Assembly (NCBI GenBank): GCA_963708135.1
Contig: OY970192.1
Span: 1,856,001 to 1,920,000, forward strand
DNA: 64,000 nucleotides
DNA from: an uncultured Gemmatimonadales bacterium
GTDB lineage: Bacteria; Gemmatimonadota; Gemmatimonadetes; Longimicrobiales; RSA9
Direction: 5' to 3'
Shown: in pieces, positions 9,175 through 18,854 of the stretch
Numbering within the stretch: position 1 is the first letter of the stretch
How the letters are laid out: each line of letters begins with the position of its first letter
Program-made: the position numbers and the translations under genes
The notes under the pieces: generated by a model
What the model saw: only the letters and a program-made list of their open reading frames with translations
Database searches by the model: none
What the model was told of the DNA's origin: nothing

Positions 9175-10953
9175 TCACTCCTGCACGAGGTTCCAGCGCC
9201 CGGCGAACAGCGAGAGGTCCAGCCAGCGCTCGAGCCCGCGGGTGAGCACCTCGACCACCGCCTCCGGACTGCCCGCCTCCAGCGCCTCGGCCGCCGCCGT
9301 CCTGGCCTCCGTGGCCGGGACGCTCCGGATCACCTTCTTGATCTCGGGCAGCCCGGCAGGGCCCACGCTGAGCGCCGTGATCCCCAGCCCGAGGAGCATG
9401 AACACACCGAGCGGGTTGGCCGCCATCTCGCCGCACACGCTCACCTCGATCCCCGCCGCGCGCCCGGCATCGGCCGTCCGCTGAAGCAGCCGCAGCACTG
9501 CCGGGTGGAACGGCGTGTACAGGTGCGCGAGACGCGCGTTGCCGCGGTCCACCGCCAGCGTGTACTGGACGAGGTCGTTCGTGCCGATCGAGAAGAAGTC
9601 GGAGGAGGCAGCGAGCTCCGGCGCGATCAGCGCCGCCGCGGGTGTCTCCACCATGATCCCGAGCTTGTACCCCGGATTGAACGCGATGCCCTGCGCCTCC
9701 AGCCGCGTCTCCTCCTCCTCGAGCATGTCGCGCGTGCGCCGGATCTCGCCGCCGTCGTTGACCAGCGGCAGCATGATACGCACGTCACCGTACGCCGTCG
9801 CGCGCAGGAGCGCCCGCAGCTGCATCCGGAACAGCTCGGGCGTGTCCAGGCAGACGCGGATGCCGCGCCAGCCCAGGAACGGGTTGTCCTCCGGCGGCAT
9901 GTGCAGGAAGAGCGGGAACTTGTCGCCGCCCAGGTCGAACGTGCGGATGTAGACCGCCTGGTGCGGGAAGGTCTCCGCCACGTGCCTGTAGGCGCGGAAC
10001 TGCTCCTCCTCCTCGGGCGCGCCGCTGCGGCCGACCACCAGGAACTCGGTGCGGAAGAGCCCCACGCCGCCCGCGCCGTGGGCGCGCGCCGATTCCGCCT
10101 CCCCGGGCAGGTCGATGTTGGCGCGGATCTGCACCGCCTGCCGGTCCGGCGTCACCGACTCCAGGTGCGCCAGCAGCACCAGCTCCTGCTCCCATTCCCG
10201 CACCTTGACATCGCGCTCGCGGTAGACCTGCTGGTCCCGCTCGCTCGGCTCCACGACCACGCGTCCGGCTCGCCCATCCAGGATCAGCATCGTGCCGCTC
10301 TCCACCTTCTCGGAGAGGTCCGTGAGGCTGACCACGGCCGGCATGTTGAGCGAGCGGGCCAGGATGGCCGCGTGCGAGGTGCGCGTCCCGGCGTCCGTCG
10401 CCACGCCGAGGATCCGGTTCCGGTCGAGCTGCACGGTCATCGTGGGCGTGAGGTCCCGGGCCACCAGCACAACCTTGCCCTGCACCTCCCGCAGCGTGAA
10501 GTCCGGGTCGGCCAGCCCCAGCAGCTGGTTGACCACCCGCAGCTGGATGTCGAGCAGGTCGTTCAGCCGGTCCATCACCATCGGGTGCCCGCTCCGGCTC
10601 CACTCCGACTGGTACTCGAGCATGCGCAGCTCGAAGGCGCGCGCCGCCGAGAAGTGGTTGTCCTGGATGTAGGCGACGGTGCCACGGATCAGGTCCTCGT
10701 CCTCGAGCATCACGATCTGCGGCTCGAAGATCTGCGCCTCCACCGGCCCCAGCCGCTCCGCCGTCTGCCGCTGGATCTCGCGGATCCGCTCGATCGCCCA
10801 CGCGCGCGCGTCGTGGAACCGCTGCACCTCCGCCTCCACCTCCTCCGCCGGCACCGTCACATGGGGCACGCGCGGCACCCCCCAGCGCAGCACGTACGCG
10901 GGTCCAACCACGATCCCGGGCGATGCCGAGATGCCGTCGCGGATCAGGGTCAC
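9175..10953 (-). CDS. ptsI: PTS enzyme I (PEP-protein phosphotransferase)
   Basis: TSHAAILARS, GVGLFRTEF, NPFLGWRGIR, FFSIGTNDLVQY, CGEMA. Confidence 0.96.
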   Translation of the reverse strand: MTLIRDGISASPGIVVGPAYVLRWGVPRVPHVTVPAEEVEAEVQRFHDARAWAIERIREIQRQTAERLGPVEAQIFEPQIVMLEDEDLIRGTVAYIQDNHFSAARAFELRMLEYQSEWSRSGHPMVMDRLNDLLDIQLRVVNQLLGLADPDFTLREVQGKVVLVARDLTPTMTVQLDRNRILGVATDAGTRTSHAAILARSLNMPAVVSLTDLSEKVESGTMLILDGRAGRVVVEPSERDQQVYRERDVKVREWEQELVLLAHLESVTPDRQAVQIRANIDLPGEAESARAHGAGGVGLFRTEFLVVGRSGAPEEEEQFRAYRHVAETFPHQAVYIRTFDLGGDKFPLFLHMPPEDNPFLGWRGIRVCLDTPELFRMQLRALLRATAYGDVRIMLPLVNDGGEIRRTRDMLEEEETRLEAQGIAFNPGYKLGIMVETPAAALIAPELAASSDFFSIGTNDLVQYTLAVDRGNARLAHLYTPFHPAVLRLLQRTADAGRAAGIEVSVCGEMAANPLGVFMLLGLGITALSVGPAGLPEIKKVIRSVPATEARTAAAEALEAGSPEAVVEVLTRGLERWLDLSLFAGRWNLVQE

Positions 10954-10959
10954 GCTCTC

Positions 10960-11244
10960 CTACTCCTCGCCGAACCGGTTCTCGATGAGCAGCGCGAGCT
11001 GGTCCACGGCCGCCGCGGCGTCCTCGCCCGTCGCGCGGATCGTGACCTCGCTGCCGTACTCGGCCGCAAGCATCATGACCCCCATGATGCTCTTCCCGTT
11101 CACATCCAGATCGTCCTTCGATACCGTGATCCCCGCCTGGAACCGGTTCGCCAGCTTCACGAACTCCGCCGCCGGCCGGGCATGGATCCCGTACTTGTTG
11201 CGGATGGTCACCGTGCGTTCCGTCTCGAGCGCGTCAGGGGTCAT
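10960..11244 (-). CDS. ptsH: Phosphocarrier protein HPr
   Basis: GIHARPAA (His15) and GKSIMGVMMLAA (Ser46). Confidence 0.95.
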   Translation of the reverse strand: MTPDALETERTVTIRNKYGIHARPAAEFVKLANRFQAGITVSKDDLDVNGKSIMGVMMLAAEYGSEVTIRATGEDAAAAVDQLALLIENRFGEE

Positions 11245-11990
11245 GTCGCCATCCTGAGTATGAAGCCGAGGAGCGCGAACGCCGCGAGCGCCACTACGAC
11301 CGGAATCCGGACCAGCGCCCCGAATCGGGCGCCCAGCAGCGCCGCCAGCAGCGCGGCGACGGACCACGGCAGCGCGGGAGTGGCGCCCACCAGCCGGCCC
11401 GCGGCCGCCAGCGGGATCAGCGCGCCGACCATGAACGCGCCCATGATCGCCAGCACCCGCTGCATCTGCGGCACGGACGACTGGCGCAGCTGCTCGCCCA
11501 CCGCTACGCCGCGCGCCAGCCCGAGGCGGAGCGACCAGATCCGCAGCGCGAGATGGCCGGCGTTGTAGACGGCCAGGAACGCCACGACCGCCACCCACCA
11601 CGGCAGCTCCAGAAGCAGCAGCAGCAGCGCCACCAGCAGGCAGACCGGCCGCCAGCCCGCCCATACGAGCCGGTCCCCGAGCGTGCCGAGGGAGCCGCGG
11701 ATCGCCGACTTGAAGCGCTCGATGACCGGGCCGGCCGCACCCTCCGCCTCCAGCGAGGCGACGGCCCCGAGCGCCATCGGCGCCAGGTACGGGTGGCTAT
11801 TGAAGAGCCCCCAATGCCGCTGCACCGCGTCGCGCAGCCGCTCCGGATCCTTCCCGTACAGGTGGCGCAGCACGGGCAGGAGCGCGAACGCGAACCCCGC
11901 TCCGATCAGAGTCCGGTAGTTCCAGGACCCCTGCACTGCGAACGAGCGGGCCAGCACCGCCGCCCGCACCCGCCACGGGAGTGTGCTCAC
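11241..11990 (-). CDS. PTS mannose/fructose/sorbose family IID component
   Basis: QGSWNYRTL, FNSHPY, LGTLGDRLVW. Confidence 0.9.
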   Translation of the reverse strand: MSTLPWRVRAAVLARSFAVQGSWNYRTLIGAGFAFALLPVLRHLYGKDPERLRDAVQRHWGLFNSHPYLAPMALGAVASLEAEGAAGPVIERFKSAIRGSLGTLGDRLVWAGWRPVCLLVALLLLLLELPWWVAVVAFLAVYNAGHLALRIWSLRLGLARGVAVGEQLRQSSVPQMQRVLAIMGAFMVGALIPLAAAGRLVGATPALPWSVAALLAALLGARFGALVRIPVVVALAAFALLGFILRMAT

Positions 11991-12655
11991 GAGAAGATGA
12001 GCAGCACCGAACCGCAGAGGATCCCCACCAGGAACGCCACCCGACGCTCCGTCCAGCCGCCGAAGAGCGGGAGCAGCGCGCCGATCATCGCGGTGCCCGC
12101 CACCCCCAGAGCGCCGAGCGCCACGGAGGAGTCCAGAAGCCAGTAGGAGGCCACCAGTCGGAGCAGGAGCGCGCCCAGCACGGCGCCGCCCAGGCCCAGC
12201 ACGGCGCCGCGGACCAGGTCCAGCGCCATCGCGGTGAGGTGGCGCGCGACGGCATCCCGCGGTCCCCGGAGCGGCGCGCCGGCCGCCACCAGCCGCTCGT
12301 TCAGCCGGCGCTCCAGAATCACCGAGACGCCGCCCACGCCTTCCCAGCCCAGCCCGAAGAGAACCGCGAGCAGCATGATCGGCGCCGCGTACTGCGTCGC
12401 GGCCGCGGCCATGTAGGCCGCCGTCGCCGCCACGGCCCCGATCCCCGCCTCCGGGTAGCGCGCCGCACCCACGGGCAGGATCACGAGCGCGAACGCCTCC
12501 AGCACCGCGCCGATCAGCGCCCCCTCGACGGGCCGCCCGAACGCGAGCCCGGTGAGCGGCGCCGCCACGATCGGGCGCGACAGCATCACCTGGGGGAAGG
12601 CCGTGGCGTCCAGCCCGACCACGCCGCCGATCAGCGCCACGAGCGCCCACGGCAT
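11987..12655 (-). CDS. PTS mannose family IIC component
   Basis: LDATAFPQVMLSRPIVAAPLTG, PVGAARYPE; hydrophobic throughout. Confidence 0.88.
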   Translation of the reverse strand: MPWALVALIGGVVGLDATAFPQVMLSRPIVAAPLTGLAFGRPVEGALIGAVLEAFALVILPVGAARYPEAGIGAVAATAAYMAAAATQYAAPIMLLAVLFGLGWEGVGGVSVILERRLNERLVAAGAPLRGPRDAVARHLTAMALDLVRGAVLGLGGAVLGALLLRLVASYWLLDSSVALGALGVAGTAMIGALLPLFGGWTERRVAFLVGILCGSVLLIFS

Positions 12656-12656
12656 C

Positions 12657-13142
12657 TCAGCCGTCCTTGAGGAGGTGGCCGAGCTCGACGCGACGCGCGC
12701 CCGGCAGATCCCTGGCGCTGACCGCGACGCCCTCCGCGGCGAGCTGGCGCATCTCACGCGCCTCCTGCTCGCTGAGGTAGACGTACGGCAGGACGGCGTG
12801 CCGTCCCGGCGCGAAATGGATGCCGCCAATGTTGACCTCCTGCCCCTCGAGCGCCCCGCCGGCCGCCAGCCGGCGCATGCTCGCCACGTCCCTCGTGAGC
12901 ACGATCGTGCGCAACGGGCTCGCCAGCCAGTCGGGCAGCGCCTCGCGCGCCTCCGCCACGCTCGCGAAGTCCGTGGTCAGCTCCGCCGGCAGGCCGAAGC
13001 AGTAGAGCTCCTGCTCCCAGCCCGCCCCAGCCAGCTCGTCATCGACGACCACGATCCGCTGCGGGTGCAGCTGCGTGCCCCAGCCGACGACGACCTGCCC
13101 GTGGATCAGCCGCTCATCGACCCGAAACAGCACGACGCTCAT
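12657..13142 (-). CDS. PTS mannose family IIB component
   Basis: RVDERLIHGQVVVGW, VNIGG. Confidence 0.93.
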   Translation of the reverse strand: MSVVLFRVDERLIHGQVVVGWGTQLHPQRIVVVDDELAGAGWEQELYCFGLPAELTTDFASVAEAREALPDWLASPLRTIVLTRDVASMRRLAAGGALEGQEVNIGGIHFAPGRHAVLPYVYLSEQEAREMRQLAAEGVAVSARDLPGARRVELGHLLKDG

Positions 13143-13551
13143 GATCCTCGCTTCCACCCGGCTTCCCTGCCGCGCTGCAGATCGAGTTGCGACCCTTCTC
13201 CATCAGGAGCGGCACCAGCTTGGACAGGGGTTCCTGCCGATGCATGATGAACTCGAGCAGCACGGCCAGGTTCACGCCCGAAAGCACCACGACCTGGCCG
13301 TACTCCTGGCACATCCGGCGCGCCGCGAACCCGCAGCTCCCGCTCGCCAGGTCCGTGAACACCACCGTCGGCTCGGGACCCACCAGCGCGCGGATCCGCT
13401 CCGTCACCGCTTCCGGCGAGAGGCCGCGATTGCTCAGCGCCATCAGCACGTCCTCGCTCGCCCCCGTGATCTGCCGCACCGCATCCACGTAGCCGTCCGC
13501 CAGCGACCCGTGCGCGACCACGATGCCGCGCGCCGGGACCGTCTCACTCAT
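13114..13551 (-). CDS. PTS mannose family IIA component
   Basis: IVVAHGSLA, FTDLASGS, SGVNLAVLL. Confidence 0.9.
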   Translation of the reverse strand: MSETVPARGIVVAHGSLADGYVDAVRQITGASEDVLMALSNRGLSPEAVTERIRALVGPEPTVVFTDLASGSCGFAARRMCQEYGQVVVLSGVNLAVLLEFIMHRQEPLSKLVPLLMEKGRNSICSAAGKPGGSEDHERRAVSGR

Positions 13552-14503
13552 AATCCTCCTCCAGGTATTCCTTCAGCGGCCGCATCGCCGCCAGCAACCC
13601 CTTGTTGAACAGCTGCGCCGAGTCGACGCCGGAGTACTTGAGCAGGTGGTTCATCGCCACCACTTCCGACATCACCGTGATGTTCTTCCCCGGGTTCAGC
13701 GGCACCGTGACCTTGGGCAGCTCGACCCCGAGGATCTCCACGACCTCCGTCTCCAGGCCCGTCCGGTCGTAGTAGACCCCTTCGCGCCAGTCCTCGAGCT
13801 GGACCACGACCTCGATCCGCTTCTGCTGCCGGATCGAGCGGACCCCGAACAGCGCCGGGATGTCGATGATCCCGATCCCGCGGATCTCCATGTGGTGCCG
13901 CTGCAGCTCGTGGCCTCGCGCGATGAGCACGTCCACGCCACGCCGGGTGACGTACACCAGGTCGTCGGCAACGAGCCGGTGGCCGCGCTCCACGAGGTCC
14001 AGCACGCACTCGCTCTTGCCGATGCCGCTGCGTCCCACGAACAGCAGCCCCACGCCGTAGACGTCGCAGAGCGAGCCGTGCAGCGTCGTGCTGGGCGCGA
14101 ACTGCTCGTCCAGATACGGCTGGATGCGACGGTAGAAGTCCCCGGTCTTGAGTCCCGAGCGCAGCACCGGCGTCCCCGAGGCCGCCGCACGCTCCAGCAG
14201 CGCGCTGGGCGGCTCGAGGCCCTTCGTGATCACGATGGCCGGCATCTCCAGGCCGAGGAACACGCGCAGCGTCTCCTGCAGCCGCGCCTCCTCGAGCGAT
14301 GCGAGAAACCCGACCTCCGTCTCGCCGAGCACCTGGATGCGCCCCTTCGGGTAGCGCTCCGTGTACCCGGCGAGGATGAGCCCCGGGCTCGAGACGGTCG
14401 GGGACTCGATCCGTCGCCCGAGGCTGCATCCCTCCGTCAGCAGCTCCAGCGAGAGTGCCTGGCGCTTGCTGTTGAAGAGGTCTTCGACCGTGAGCGTCTT
14501 CAC
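13544..14503 (-). CDS. hprK: HPr kinase/phosphorylase
   Basis: GRSGIGKSECVLDLVERGHRLVADD, MEIRGIGIID. Confidence 0.97.
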   Translation of the reverse strand: MKTLTVEDLFNSKRQALSLELLTEGCSLGRRIESPTVSSPGLILAGYTERYPKGRIQVLGETEVGFLASLEEARLQETLRVFLGLEMPAIVITKGLEPPSALLERAAASGTPVLRSGLKTGDFYRRIQPYLDEQFAPSTTLHGSLCDVYGVGLLFVGRSGIGKSECVLDLVERGHRLVADDLVYVTRRGVDVLIARGHELQRHHMEIRGIGIIDIPALFGVRSIRQQKRIEVVVQLEDWREGVYYDRTGLETEVVEILGVELPKVTVPLNPGKNITVMSEVVAMNHLLKYSGVDSAQLFNKGLLAAMRPLKEYLEEDYE

Positions 14504-14847
14504 GTCTCGGAGACCGCCTCCACGCGCGGGGTCAGCTCCGCGGGGCGCGGAGCCTTGTGGTCGCGGCGGCGGGAGCGCCGCCGCTTGAGCTGCCGCGTCA
14601 GGCGGTCGATCGCCGTATCGAGCGCGGCCTGGAATTCGTCCTCGCTGCTCCCGGTCGCGACCATCTGGTGGCCGGAGCCGGGGTGGGCGCGCACCTCGAC
14701 CCGGTGCGCGCCGTGATCGTTCTCGAAGCTCACGAGCACCGACAACAGCCGCGGCTCGTAGCGGGGAAGACTCTCCAGCCGCGTCGCGGCGCGCTCGCGC
14801 AGGGAATCGGAAACAGCGCAGTGCCGTGCGGTGATGGTGACCTCCAT
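14500..14847 (-). CDS. hpf: Ribosome hibernation factor (HPF/RaiA, short form)
   Basis: MEVTITARH..., AALDTAIDRLTRQLKRRR; usual position upstream of hprK. Confidence 0.85.
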   Translation of the reverse strand: MEVTITARHCAVSDSLRERAATRLESLPRYEPRLLSVLVSFENDHGAHRVEVRAHPGSGHQMVATGSSEDEFQAALDTAIDRLTRQLKRRRSRRRDHKAPRPAELTPRVEAVSET

Positions 14848-14869
14848 GAGACCTCCAAGGCGTCTGGTG

Positions 14870-15997
14870 TCACTGGTCATCCTGAACGCCGCCCGAAGAC
14901 GCGCCGGCGAGGTGCGCCTCCGTGTCGTCCGCGGCGCGCTCCCAGCTGAATCCCTCTGCGAAGGTGCGCGCCTCCGCCCCCAGGCGGTCCCGCAGCCCGG
15001 GATCCGTCAGCAGGCACCGCAGGCGCTCCGACAGCGCGTCAACGTCGCCGTGCGGCACCAGGTAACCGGTCCTGCCGTCGATGACGGAGTCGCGCAGGCC
15101 CGGGGAGTCGCTCGCCACGGTCGCCGTCCCGCACGCCGCGGCCTCCAGGTTCGAGATCCCCCATCCCTCCTTCGGCGACGTGAGCACGTGCGCCCACGCG
15201 CGCCGGAACAGCTTCCGCTTCTCCTCCTCGCTCACGAAGCCCGGCATCTCCACGACGTCCTCCAGCCCCAGCTCGCCACGCAGCGCCCGCAGCGCCGGCG
15301 CGTGGTCACCGGTCCCCGCCAGAACCGCCCGAGCATCCAGGCCGGCGGCCCGCAGCCGCGCCAGCGCGTGCAGGATCAGGTCCACCCGCTTGTAGCGCTT
15401 CAACCGCCCCAGGTAAAGGAGCGTCGGCATCGGGAAGCGGGGCACCGCGGGGTCGGGCGCGAAGAACTCCAGGTCCACGCCGTTCGGGATCACCTCAATG
15501 CCGCGGCCGTCGAACCCGCGCCGCACGAGGTCGTCCGCCGTGCTGCGCGAGACCGCCTCCACGGCGACGCCCCGATAGACGCGGGCGAGGGGCAGCTCCA
15601 GCAGCCAGGTCGCCGTTGCGAGGGGGACGGAAGCTTCCTGGAACGCGGTCGCACCGAAGAGGTGGTGCACCAGCAGCACGAGCGGGGCACGCCCCCAGAG
15701 CGGCGTGAAGAGAGGCACCTTGTTGAGATCCTCGACCATGACGTCGAAGGGGCGGCCGGCCAGTCTCGCGCGGTAGTAGCGAGCAGCCACGAGGTTGAAT
15801 GTATAGCGTCCCCCGGTGCGATGCACGTCGATTCCGTCCACCCGGGCGCGCCGCGGCGCGCCCGGCCAGCCCGAGCACAGCAGCGTCACCTCGTGGTCGC
15901 GCGCCGCGAGCCGCCCGAACACCTCGTGGAGGTGGATCTCCGCGCCGCCCGCCTGCGGGTTCAGGCGATCCTGCCAGTTCAGCACGAGGATCCTCAG
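14870..15997 (-). CDS. Glycosyltransferase family 4; probable CTG start
   Basis: RILVLNWQDRLNPQAGGAE, LGRLKRYKRVD, EGWGISNLEAAACG, PGLRDSV. Confidence 0.88.
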   Translation of the reverse strand: MRILVLNWQDRLNPQAGGAEIHLHEVFGRLAARDHEVTLLCSGWPGAPRRARVDGIDVHRTGGRYTFNLVAARYYRARLAGRPFDVMVEDLNKVPLFTPLWGRAPLVLLVHHLFGATAFQEASVPLATATWLLELPLARVYRGVAVEAVSRSTADDLVRRGFDGRGIEVIPNGVDLEFFAPDPAVPRFPMPTLLYLGRLKRYKRVDLILHALARLRAAGLDARAVLAGTGDHAPALRALRGELGLEDVVEMPGFVSEEEKRKLFRRAWAHVLTSPKEGWGISNLEAAACGTATVASDSPGLRDSVIDGRTGYLVPHGDVDALSERLRCLLTDPGLRDRLGAEARTFAEGFSWERAADDTEAHLAGASSGGVQDDQ

Positions 15998-16437
15998 CGC
16001 GCCCTCCCGGGCCCGCTCTCCTCCCCGCCCTGCCGCATGAGCGCGTCGAGCACACCGTTCACGAAGCGGGGGCTCTCGGCCGTTCCGTACTTCTCCGCCA
16101 GCACGAGCGCTTCCTGGATGGCGACGCGCGGCGGCACCTCCGGCACGAAGCGCAGCTCGGCGGCGCCGATCCGCAGGATATTCCTGTCGATGGCGGAGAC
16201 CCGCTCGAGGCGCCAGTTGGTGAGGGCGCCCGTGAGCGCCGCGTCGATCTCGGCGTGGTGGTCGTCCAGCGCGGCGATGAGCTGCTCCAGGTACTGGCGG
16301 CTCTGCTCGGCGATGCGGCGTTCGCGGTAGAACTCCCGCAGCACGTCGCCGGGCGGGCCGGCGCCCCCGCGCGTCTCCCAGGCGTACAGGATCTGCAGCG
16401 CCCATCCGCGTGCCCGGCTACGTGCCCGCACGGTCAC
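15994..16437 (-). CDS. nusB: Transcription antitermination factor NusB
   Basis: RSRARGWALQILYAWE, NWRLERVSAIDRNILR, FVNGVLD. Confidence 0.95.
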   Translation of the reverse strand: MTVRARSRARGWALQILYAWETRGGAGPPGDVLREFYRERRIAEQSRQYLEQLIAALDDHHAEIDAALTGALTNWRLERVSAIDRNILRIGAAELRFVPEVPPRVAIQEALVLAEKYGTAESPRFVNGVLDALMRQGGEESGPGRAR

Positions 16438-16897
16438 CGTCGAGCTGGCGGAAGAGGTCCGCCATCTCAAGCGCGCTGAGGGCAGCGTCCCATCCCTTGT
16501 TGCCGCCCTTCCCGCCCGCGCGGGCGAGCGCCTGCTCCGTGGTTTCCGTCGTGAGCACGCCGAGCGCCACGGGCACGCCGGTCGCGAGCGAGGCAGCCGC
16601 GAGCCCCTTCGTCGCCTCCCCCGCCACGAAGTCGAAGTGCGGCGTCTCCCCCCGCACGACGCAGCCCAGCGCGACGACGGCCGCGTGCCGCCCGGCGCGC
16701 GCGATGCGGTGAACGGCGGCGGGCAGCTCCCACGCACCCGGCACCCAGACCACGTCCAGCTCCTGCTCCCCGACCCCGTGCTGCAGCAGGCAGGCGCGTG
16801 CGCCCTTGAGCAGCCGCTCGGTGACCAGCTCGTTGAAGCGGCTGACCACGACCACGAACCGGCGGCCGCCCGCCTCCAGCGTGCCCCGGTACTCCAT
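16418..16897 (-). CDS. ribH: 6,7-dimethyl-8-ribityllumazine synthase
   Basis: SRFNELVT, VPGAWELP, GCVVRGETPHFDFV, NKGWDAA. Confidence 0.96.
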   Translation of the reverse strand: MEYRGTLEAGGRRFVVVVSRFNELVTERLLKGARACLLQHGVGEQELDVVWVPGAWELPAAVHRIARAGRHAAVVALGCVVRGETPHFDFVAGEATKGLAAASLATGVPVALGVLTTETTEQALARAGGKGGNKGWDAALSALEMADLFRQLDGDRAGT

Positions 16898-18192
16898 CAG
16901 GCCTCCACCTCCTCCTCCGCGGCGCCGAGGTCCGTGGCCTCGGCGCGCTCCGCCTCCGGCGCGGCCACGATCGGCATGGCCCCATCCAGGTCGGCCAGCA
17001 GGTGTCCGAGCTTCTTGCGCTTGGTCACCAGGTACTCCCGGTTGTGCTCGGTCGGCGCGATCTGGATCGGCTCGCGGCCCGTGATCTTCAGGCCGTAGCC
17101 CTCGAGCCCCACGACCTTGCGCGGATTGTTCGTGAGCAGCCGGATCGAGCTGAGGCCGAGGTCGAGCAGGATCTGCGCGCCAATGCCGTAGTCGCGCAGG
17201 TCCGGCTTGAAGCCCAGGGACACGTTGGCCTGCACCGTGTCCTGTCCCTGGTCCTGGAGCGCGTAGGCGCGGATCTTGTTCGCCAGCCCGATGCCGCGCC
17301 CCTCCTGCCGCAGGTAGACGACCGCGCCCTCGCCCTCCTCGTCGATCCTGCGCAGCGCTGCGTGCAGCTGCTCGCCGCAGTCGCAGCGAAGGGAGTGGAA
17401 CACATCGCCCGTCAGGCACTCGGAGTGCATGCGCACGAGCACGTTCTTCCGCCCCGCCACCTCGCCCTTCACCAGCGCCACGTGCTCGCGCCCGTCCACC
17501 TGGTTCTCGAAGGCGATGACGCGGAACTCGCCGTACGGCGTGGGCAGCTGCGCCTCCGCGACGCGTCGCACGATCCGCTCGTGCTGCAGCCGGTACGCCA
17601 CGATCTGCGCCACCGTGATGAAGCGCAGGTCGTGCTCCCGGGCGAAGGCGTCGAGCTGCGGCCGGCGCGCCATGGTGCCGTCCGGGTTCAGGATCTCGCA
17701 GATCACCCCCGCCGGCGGGAGGCCCGCCAGCCGGGACAGGTCCACCGAGGCCTCCGTCTGGCCCACCCGCCGGAGCACTCCGCCCGGCACGGCCCGCAGC
17801 GGGAAGACGTGGCCGGGCCTGCGCAGGTCGCCGGGCCGCGTTGTCGCATCCACCAGCAGCCGTGTCGTCTTCGCGCGGTCCGCGGCGCTGATCCCCGTCG
17901 TCACGCCGAAGCGCGGGTGCGCGTCCACCGACACCGTGAACGCCGTCCCCATGTAGTCCTGGTTCTGTTCCGTCATCGGCGTGAGGCCGAGAACCTCCGC
18001 CCGCTCCTGCGTGATCGCCACGCAGATGAGGCCGCGGCCGTGGGTGGCCATGAAGTTGATCCGCTCCGGCGTGACCGTCGCCGCGGCGCAGACCAGGTCG
18101 CCCTCGTTCTCGCGGTCCTCATCGTCCGCGACGATCACGATCCCGCCCTCGCGGATCTCCTCGATCGCCGATTCCACCGTGTCGAACGGCAT
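16897..18192 (-). CDS. ribBA: Bifunctional DHBP synthase / GTP cyclohydrolase II
   Basis: [46 protein letters not shown]. Confidence 0.97.
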   Translation of the reverse strand: MPFDTVESAIEEIREGGIVIVADDEDRENEGDLVCAAATVTPERINFMATHGRGLICVAITQERAEVLGLTPMTEQNQDYMGTAFTVSVDAHPRFGVTTGISAADRAKTTRLLVDATTRPGDLRRPGHVFPLRAVPGGVLRRVGQTEASVDLSRLAGLPPAGVICEILNPDGTMARRPQLDAFAREHDLRFITVAQIVAYRLQHERIVRRVAEAQLPTPYGEFRVIAFENQVDGREHVALVKGEVAGRKNVLVRMHSECLTGDVFHSLRCDCGEQLHAALRRIDEEGEGAVVYLRQEGRGIGLANKIRAYALQDQGQDTVQANVSLGFKPDLRDYGIGAQILLDLGLSSIRLLTNNPRKVVGLEGYGLKITGREPIQIAPTEHNREYLVTKRKKLGHLLADLDGAMPIVAAPEAERAEATDLGAAEEEVEA

Positions 18193-18209
18193 GGTGCCTC
18201 CTGGCTTCC

Positions 18210-18836
18210 TCACGCGCCCGCCTCCCGTCCTCCTACCCCGCTGCCCCCCGTGCGCTTCAGGTAACTCACGACGAACCGCCCCAGCATGTCGCCCTCGAGA
18301 TTCACGCCCGCGCCCCGCGCGAGCGACGAGAGGTTCGTATGCTCCCACGTATACGGGATCAGCGCGACCTGCGCCACGTCCCCCTCGAGCGCGTTGACCG
18401 TCAGGCTGACGCCGTTCACGGCGATCGAGCCGTGCAGCACCGTCACATCCGCCACCTCGGGCGGCAGGCGGATGTCCAGCAGCACGTGCTCCCCCTCGCG
18501 GCGGAGACCCTCCACCGTCCCGACCGCGTCCACGTGGCCCTGCACCAGGTGCCCACCCAGCCGCTCCCCGAGCGCCAGCGCCCGCTCGAGATTGACCCGC
18601 CGGCCCGGCTCGAGGCCACCCAGCGTGGTGCGCGAGAGGGTAGTCCCGATCGCCTCCACGACGAACGCGCCCGCCTCGAGGCCGACGACGGTCTGGCACA
18701 CGCCGTCGATGGCGACGGAGTCGCCCTCGCCCAGCCCGGCGCGCACCGCGTCCGCCTCGACCGAGATCCGCCGGCCGTTGTCCACCGGCCGTGCCTCACG
18801 AATCCGGCCGACCTCCTCGATGATCCCCGTGAACAC
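18210..18836 (-). CDS. ribE: Riboflavin synthase (alpha chain)
   Basis: [33 protein letters not shown]. Confidence 0.96.
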   Translation of the reverse strand: MFTGIIEEVGRIREARPVDNGRRISVEADAVRAGLGEGDSVAIDGVCQTVVGLEAGAFVVEAIGTTLSRTTLGGLEPGRRVNLERALALGERLGGHLVQGHVDAVGTVEGLRREGEHVLLDIRLPPEVADVTVLHGSIAVNGVSLTVNALEGDVAQVALIPYTWEHTNLSSLARGAGVNLEGDMLGRFVVSYLKRTGGSGVGGREAGA

Positions 18837-18854
18837 GCTCTCCTCCCGGCGCCC

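Noticed and set aside
7432..11568. Very long plus-strand ORFs (1378 aa here; also 27231-30329, 37991-42409, 48724-51594)
   Set aside because: Antisense shadows of well-conserved minus-strand genes. High GC and codon bias suppress stops, and the translations have no recognisable motifs.
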